DNA from: a virus | Taxonomy: Duplodnaviria; Caudoviricetes | Reading direction: 5' to 3' (one strand) | Virus record (IMG/VR): IMGVR_UViG_3300033076_000817 | Location: 1 to 29,323 of that record | Length of the DNA stretch: 29,323 nucleotides | In this document: positions 25,272 to 29,323 of the stretch, one piece after another | Position numbering within the stretch: the first letter of the stretch is position 1 | Layout: the number at the start of each line of letters is the position of its first letter | Made by a program: the position numbers and the translations under genes | The notes under the pieces: model-generated | What the model saw: only the letters and a program-made list of their open reading frames with translations | What the model was told of the DNA's origin: nothing | Databases searched by the model: none

Positions 25272-25309
25272 TTGCGCCCCGAGGACAAATCGCGTCTTTC
25301 GCCGCTGCT
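25272..25309 (+). promoter_or_regulatory. Degenerate third copy of the TTG-GAGGACA promoter/operator motif
   Basis: TTGCGC-ccc-GAGGACAAATCGCGTCTTT, with ATG 38 nt from the first T as for the copy at 795. Flanked by a 9-bp inverted repeat (25260-25268 / 25295-25303). Confidence 0.5.
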
Positions 25310-26005
25310 ATGACCCGTGATCCCAAGAAAGTGTTCATCGGCGTGTGCCTGCGCTCGGGCGACGTCCGGTGGGAAACGTTCATGTCGCTGTTCCAGGAGG
25401 CGTTGACCGCTCTTCCCGGATACAGCTTTGTCATCAAACCCGGCGGCGGCTGCGATGTCGCCCATGCCCGGAACCTCCTCCTCCACGACTGGCGCACCCG
25501 CACCGACTGCGGGCGGCTGGTCTGGATCGACTCCGACGTGGTGTGGGGCGACCAGTTGAAGCGGTTGCTGGCGTGGGACGTGCCCTACGTCGGCGGTCTC
25601 TACCCGCTGAAGGGGGTGCAATGCCGCTGGAGCTGGAACGGCTGGGCCAAGCCGTCCGCACAGACGCCCGGCCTGTGGTCCGTGGAAGAGCTTTGCACCG
25701 GCTTTACCTCCATGCGCTACGATCTGCTGGAGGAGCTGATCCGCGCCTACGGCGGGCACACGAAATACGCGATCGAAGACAACGCCTATCGGGGCGAGCA
25801 AGGGTTCGAGCTGTGCTCGATGGGGCCAATGCGCGGCACCGACCGGCGCCTACCGGAAGACTTCATGCTGACGCGGCGCATCCGCGCCCTCGGCTACGAG
25901 GCCAACGTGGACCCCACGATCCTCGTCGGCCATGTGGGTTCGGTGGACCTGCTGGAGATGCACCGAGCGCACAGCACGTTCGCACCTCCGGCGCTGACGC
26001 CGTAA
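25310..26005 (+). CDS. GT-A fold (GT2-like) glycosyltransferase
   Basis: VAHARN, LVWIDSD (DxD), VGGLYPLK, TGF, EDFMLTRR...GHVG motifs. ATG 25310 is the likely start. Antisense to the flanking packaging genes. Confidence 0.8.
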   Translation: MTRDPKKVFIGVCLRSGDVRWETFMSLFQEALTALPGYSFVIKPGGGCDVAHARNLLLHDWRTRTDCGRLVWIDSDVVWGDQLKRLLAWDVPYVGGLYPLKGVQCRWSWNGWAKPSAQTPGLWSVEELCTGFTSMRYDLLEELIRAYGGHTKYAIEDNAYRGEQGFELCSMGPMRGTDRRLPEDFMLTRRIRALGYEANVDPTILVGHVGSVDLLEMHRAHSTFAPPALTP

Positions 26006-26010
26006 ATGGC

Positions 26011-26046
26011 AAAGCCCCGTCACCGAAACAAGATGACGGGGCTTTT
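26011..26046. terminator. Bidirectional intrinsic terminator
   Basis: AAAGCCCCGTCA-N11-TGACGGGGCTTTT, with A/T tracts on both sides, between the convergent glycosyltransferase gene and the RNA array. Confidence 0.85.
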
Positions 26047-26086
26047 AGTTTAGCGACGTTGCGGTCGTGGGCGTAATCGCCGCAGT

Positions 26087-26163
26087 TGGCGGAACCTCCA
26101 CAGCTAGACGGGTTAGGTCAGTTCTGTTTCTATACGGTGCGGGTAAGGCACCGTGGAGGCTCC
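26087..26163 (-). ncRNA. tRNA-mimic hairpin RNA unit 4 (77 nt, ends G-CCA)
   Basis: 5' GGAGCCUCCACGG pairs with CUGUGGAGGUUCC, followed by GCCA. An internal 7-bp hairpin ACGGUGC/GCACCGU competes with the inner end of that helix. Confidence 0.6.
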
Positions 26164-26166
26164 AAA

Positions 26167-26231
26167 TGGTTCAATGCCCGGTTGGTTTTGTGTTGTTGGT
26201 TGCTTCATCCAAAGAACACGCCGGGCATTGA
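26167..26231 (-). ncRNA. tRNA-mimic hairpin RNA unit 3 (65 nt, ends A-CCA)
   Basis: UCAAUGCCCGG/CCGGGCAUUGA perfect helix followed by ACCA. Inner helices GUGUU/AACAC and UUGG/CCAA. Confidence 0.6.
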
Positions 26232-26234
26232 AAG

Positions 26235-26316
26235 TGGCGGGAGCGTCGGCCTTTCATCCGACATCACGGAGGCGACGACCTCTTGCGACGTATCCTAGTT
26301 CTTAGACGAACTCCCG
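26235..26316 (-). ncRNA. Cloverleaf-like tRNA-mimic unit 2 (about 81 nt, ends G-CCA; non-canonical anticodon and T arms)
   Basis: Acceptor (C)GGGAGU/GCUCCC(G)-CCA, D-like arm GUCU-AAGAACUA-GGAU, T-like stem GUCGG/CCGAC with loop AUGAAAGG. No UUCRA and no regular anticodon loop. Confidence 0.6.
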
Positions 26317-26321
26317 AAAAT

Positions 26322-26390
26322 TTGCGCCGCCGCCTCGTTTCTCCTCATCGCGTAACCCTAGTCTTCAGCACTTTTCCCCGAGGCGGCGGC
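26322..26390 (-). ncRNA. Hairpin RNA unit 1 (69 nt, ends G-CAA)
   Basis: Perfect 12-bp helix GCCGCCGCCUCG/CGAGGCGGCGGC followed by GCAA and a U tract. Confidence 0.5.
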
Positions 26391-26409
26391 TAGGCAAAGA
26401 ACGACTGCG

Positions 26410-26444
26410 ACGCGGACAAAGACAGATTGTGTCCTCGCTGTCAA
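26410..26444 (-). promoter_or_regulatory. Putative promoter of the RNA array
   Basis: Consensus TTGACA (26444-26439, overlapping the terL stop codon), then GC and GAGGACACAATCTGTC, 16/16 identical to 803-818. Confidence 0.65.
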
Positions 26445-27877
26445 GCCCCCATCGCGGCTTTGCGCTGCATCGCCTGCGCGATCTTCACTTTCGCCCGCGG
26501 CCCCTTGTCCTCCGCACCGATGACGTTGAGGATGCTGGTGCCCTTGCCCAGAAGCAGCGTCACGCCGTCCGCAAAGCAGTCGGTCTGGTCGTCCTGCTTG
26601 CTCTTGCCGTCCTTGCGGAACTGCGCGACCTCGGCCTCGAACGTCTGAAGCCACGGCGCTCCGCGGGGCAACCAGACCATGCCGGTCGCCTGATACGGCA
26701 ACGCCTCCATGACGCGCGTGACCTTGTCCTTGGTGCGCACGATGCCGCGGGCGGGGATGCCTTTCTTGCGCATCTCCGCGATCAGGGTCGTGCCGGCGGA
26801 CGCCTCCTCCACCGCCACGTAGCCGACCGGCGACGCGGATTTGTGGTGCTTATCGTAGAACTGCTTCGCGTTCTTGATGAGCTGCGCCGGCTCCCACTTG
26901 CCGCGAATCTGGTCCAGGAGGAACGCCCGCTTGAGACTGCGGCCCCAGCACTGGAGGACCGAGTGGTCGTTCGCCGTCTTGGCCTTCATGGCGGTGTCGC
27001 ACACGATGATCTTGTGCTCGATCTTCGGCGGCTGTCCGTGGGGGTAATACTGGAAGTCGGCGAGCTTGATGAGATTGCCGCCGAGCACGACCGGCTCCTG
27101 CTGATACTGCGCCGCGAACGCGAACGGGTTCACGCGCTCGGTGTCCAGCAGCGACTTCGTGGTGACGGTCTCGGGGATCGTGCTCTCGCCGTTCTCCATC
27201 GCGGCGAACTTGATGTGCTCCACGTCGTCGCCGTATTCGGACAGCAGGAAGCCCGACAGGTCGTCTGTATCCAGCCGTTGCATACAGACCACGATCGGCG
27301 TCCACTGCGAACTGTTGCGACGGCTCTTGAGCGTGTTCTCGAACCAGAACCGGAGCTTGTCCGACTCCACGCGCGAGAGGGCTTCGTCGGGCTTGCTCGG
27401 GTCGTCGATGACGATGCAGCCGCCGGCACGGCGTTTGAGCCCCGCGCCCACGCCCGTCAGCGACCCGCCGACGCCGTCGCCGTAGACCTTGCCGCCTTGG
27501 AGCGTGGTAAAGTGGTCCGCCTGCCGGATGGCGCCCAAGCGGGAGCCGAACAGCTTCACATACCACTCCGACCCCTCGACCTCCTGGATGTAGCGCACCG
27601 ACGACTTGGCGAGGTCGTTCGAGTAGCTGGTGTAGATGAACTGCGCGTCGGGGAAGAAGGCGTGCATCCAACTGATGCTCGCCTCCATGATCTTCGTCTT
27701 CCCCACGCGCGGCGGGATGTTGATGACAACGAAGCTCTTCTTCAGGTCGCCGAGGAGCGCCTTCTGCATGACGTCGCACGCTCCCTTGTGCAGCGGCTTG
27801 ACCGGTAACTGGAGCCGCTGGAACGGCACGAAGCAGTCGCGGAAGTAGTCGAACAGCGGGAGGACTTCGGCGCTCAT
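26441..27877 (-). CDS. terL: Terminase large subunit
   Basis: Walker A INIPPRVGKT, Walker B IVIDDP, MQRL..DDL, AQYQQEP and nuclease residues CDTA...DDQTD. ATG 27877 by ATGA overlap. Confidence 0.95.
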   Translation of the reverse strand: MSAEVLPLFDYFRDCFVPFQRLQLPVKPLHKGACDVMQKALLGDLKKSFVVINIPPRVGKTKIMEASISWMHAFFPDAQFIYTSYSNDLAKSSVRYIQEVEGSEWYVKLFGSRLGAIRQADHFTTLQGGKVYGDGVGGSLTGVGAGLKRRAGGCIVIDDPSKPDEALSRVESDKLRFWFENTLKSRRNSSQWTPIVVCMQRLDTDDLSGFLLSEYGDDVEHIKFAAMENGESTIPETVTTKSLLDTERVNPFAFAAQYQQEPVVLGGNLIKLADFQYYPHGQPPKIEHKIIVCDTAMKAKTANDHSVLQCWGRSLKRAFLLDQIRGKWEPAQLIKNAKQFYDKHHKSASPVGYVAVEEASAGTTLIAEMRKKGIPARGIVRTKDKVTRVMEALPYQATGMVWLPRGAPWLQTFEAEVAQFRKDGKSKQDDQTDCFADGVTLLLGKGTSILNVIGAEDKGPRAKVKIAQAMQRKAAMGA

Positions 27878-28317
27878 GGCTGGGGGACAGCTCGGCAGCG
27901 GAGTTTGGACGCCCGGTGCTTCTCGCTGCATTCGGAGCAGCGTGTCGTCTCCGCATCGTTCACCCGGCGACATTGGACACAACGCCCGGCTTCTATCAGC
28001 CGCAGACGGGCTTCCTTGGCTTGGGCTTTCGCATCCTCGCGACACGAATGACAAAGCGTCTTGGTCTCAAGCGGGTTCTTCCCGCACGTTCCACACCGAC
28101 CCGCTTCCAGGTTCGCGATGTATCGTTCCCGAAGTCGTGCGCTGTGCTTGGCGCTACATTCGGCGCATTGCCATGTGGGGGCTCCTTCGTTGTGCCAGAA
28201 ACGCGAAAGTTTCGCCTGAGACGATTTCCCGCAGTGGGCGCAAAACCCTGCCGCGTGGTTTCGGTCCTTCAACTCCCGCGCACGCAACACCGAAAGCGAT
28301 TTGTCCGCGTAAGGCAT
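27874..28317 (-). CDS. Cys-rich protein with three tandem zinc-finger-like repeats
   Basis: Three GxCxxC...CxxC units, each followed by a basic helix. Sits between terS and terL. Confidence 0.7.
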   Translation of the reverse strand: MPYADKSLSVLRARELKDRNHAAGFCAHCGKSSQAKLSRFWHNEGAPTWQCAECSAKHSARLRERYIANLEAGRCGTCGKNPLETKTLCHSCREDAKAQAKEARLRLIEAGRCVQCRRVNDAETTRCSECSEKHRASKLRCRAVPQP

Positions 28318-28319
28318 CG

Positions 28320-28886
28320 TCAGACCAGCTCCGCGGCGGACGGCGTCGGCTGGGGCGACGGCGTCACGTTCTTCTCCTCACGCGGGGGCGACATCACCGC
28401 CGCGAGCGCCACGGCTGTCGCCGACGGCTGCGCATCGTCCACCTCACTGACCTCGCTTGCCTCCAGGTCGGTCGTCTGACCCTGCTTCTCGGTCTCCGCG
28501 CGGAGGGCGGCGATGCGCTCCTTGATCGTCAACGCCAGCGCCCCCTCGACGGGCGGTCCATCGCCGCCCACGTCGATGCGGATGGCCTGCGGCGCCGTGC
28601 CGTAGCCGCGATTGAGGAGCAGTTCGAGCGCCTTCAACTGCGTCGCCGCCGGCACCTCCAAGTCAATCTCCACCACCCGACCGCCGGGGTCGAGGACTTT
28701 GACCTTCTCCAGCGGCTTGTCGCTGATGCCCGCCAGTTGCGCGATGCGCTCCAGTGCGCGCAGGGTGTAGCGCCGGGCATACTCCGCCAGTTGGACCGGA
28801 TGCGTCCCTCCGCGCTGCGCCATGTATTTCCGCGTGTGCCCGTGGCCGGGTGCGGGGGTGTAGGGTCGGACGGCTCCTTTGGGCAT
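28320..28886 (-). CDS. Putative terminase small subunit
   Basis: LAEYARRYTLRALERI...LKALELLLNRGYGTAPQ pattern typical of TerS-like proteins. Upstream of terL. Confidence 0.7.
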   Translation of the reverse strand: MPKGAVRPYTPAPGHGHTRKYMAQRGGTHPVQLAEYARRYTLRALERIAQLAGISDKPLEKVKVLDPGGRVVEIDLEVPAATQLKALELLLNRGYGTAPQAIRIDVGGDGPPVEGALALTIKERIAALRAETEKQGQTTDLEASEVSEVDDAQPSATAVALAAVMSPPREEKNVTPSPQPTPSAAELV

Positions 28887-28899
28887 GAGTGTTGGTGGG

Positions 28900-29136
28900 T
28901 CAGACCAGGTCTTCGGCGCGGAGCGCGGTTGCGGGGGTGGCCGGAGCGGCTTTGCGGGCGGTGTTCAGCCGGCTCATGTGCTCCTGCTGCTTCGACCAGT
29001 GCTCGGGGCAGTAATGCTGCCCTGGGGCTACGTCGGCGCGGCAGAGGCGGCAGCGACCATCGCGCTCGCAGCGGAGTTGATACTTCCGCTGGCGGGAGAT
29101 GGGCAAGTGCGTGAACTCGTCAACGATACGTCTCAC
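28900..29136 (-). CDS. Small zinc-finger-like protein
   Basis: GTG start 29136 (GTGA overlap). GRCRLC...HYCPEH followed by a basic helix. Confidence 0.6.
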   Translation of the reverse strand: MRRIVDEFTHLPISRQRKYQLRCERDGRCRLCRADVAPGQHYCPEHWSKQQEHMSRLNTARKAAPATPATALRAEDLV

Positions 29137-29234
29137 GGGAAAGTTCTGAACGCCATGACGATCGCCGCGCACCAGAGGAGGGCGAGCACGACCCACGAGG
29201 CGACGTAGGTGTAGTCGGTCTTAGGCTGTTTCAT
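29133..29234 (-). CDS. 33-aa single-TM peptide (not in the ORF track)
   Basis: MKQPKTDYTYVASWVVLALLWCAAIVMAFRTFP*. The ATG sits 7 nt after a -10 box and the stop overlaps the next start. Confidence 0.6.
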   Translation of the reverse strand: MKQPKTDYTYVASWVVLALLWCAAIVMAFRTFP

Positions 29235-29270
29235 GGGGGGCACTGTCGCATACCGGCGATTAGTTGACAA
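29235..29270 (-). promoter_or_regulatory. Putative leaderless promoter of the packaging operon
   Basis: TTGTCA-17 nt-(TGn)GACAGT-7 nt-ATG with an A/T-rich UP-like region upstream. An overlapping TTGACA on + (29264-29269) points outward. Confidence 0.6.
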
Positions 29271-29323
29271 GTTATTTTCTGAGTTGGCAAAATTTTTGGG
29301 GGGGGGGGGGGGGGGGGGGGGGG

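Noticed and set aside
26086-26298. 70-aa plus-strand ORF across the RNA array
   Set aside because: TTG start just downstream of a terminator, atypical composition, and the region is better explained by its helices.
26235-26316. Canonical tRNA gene
   Set aside because: It lacks the UUCRA T-loop, the D-loop GG and a 5-bp/7-nt anticodon arm, so it is reported only as tRNA-like.
26322-26390. Hammerhead ribozyme in RNA unit 1 (CUGAAGA ... GAAA present)
   Set aside because: There is no NUH cleavage triplet after the would-be stem III strand (CCUCG is followed by GG), and stems I and II cannot form properly.
26011-26444. CRISPR mini-array or type III antitoxin repeat array
   Set aside because: The units share structure but are not direct sequence repeats, and there is no cas or toxin gene nearby.
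9930-29114. Long plus-strand ORFs (e.g. 9930-11696, 20086-21279, 23823-25313, 26429-27808, 27876-29114)
   Set aside because: These are antisense shadows of GC-rich, codon-biased minus-strand genes, with no recognisable motifs.
29298-29323. Terminal poly-G run
   Set aside because: A homopolymer at the contig end is typical of two-colour sequencing no-signal artefacts. Not treated as a G-quadruplex or a real genome terminus.

Overview
A 29.3-kb, GC-rich fragment of a tailed dsDNA phage with a contractile tail (myovirus-type DUF1073 portal / DUF2213 protease / DUF2184 capsid / DUF3383 sheath / DUF2612 baseplate gene set, recognised by eye). The minus strand (about 29.2 to 2.2 kb) carries a complete morphogenesis region: terminase, head, neck, tail with a -1 frameshift chaperone, baseplate, three fibre/spike genes and membrane lysis genes. 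The plus strand carries the end of a SNF2-type helicase, an HNH endonuclease, two putative glycosyltransferases and an i-type-lysozyme-like endolysin. Most unusual: (1) a ~400-nt non-coding unit between terL and portal, with its own promoter and terminator, holding four tandem tRNA-sized hairpin RNAs that end in N-CCA (one in N-CAA); (2) two tail fibre/spike proteins that begin with cleavable Sec-type signal peptides; (3) a repeated promoter/operator motif shared by the RNA array and both glycosyltransferase genes; (4) a recurrent R-x-N-[A/S] motif in head proteins that may mark maturation cleavage. All family calls come from motif recognition and synteny, with no database searches. The terminal poly-G is probably a sequencing artefact.
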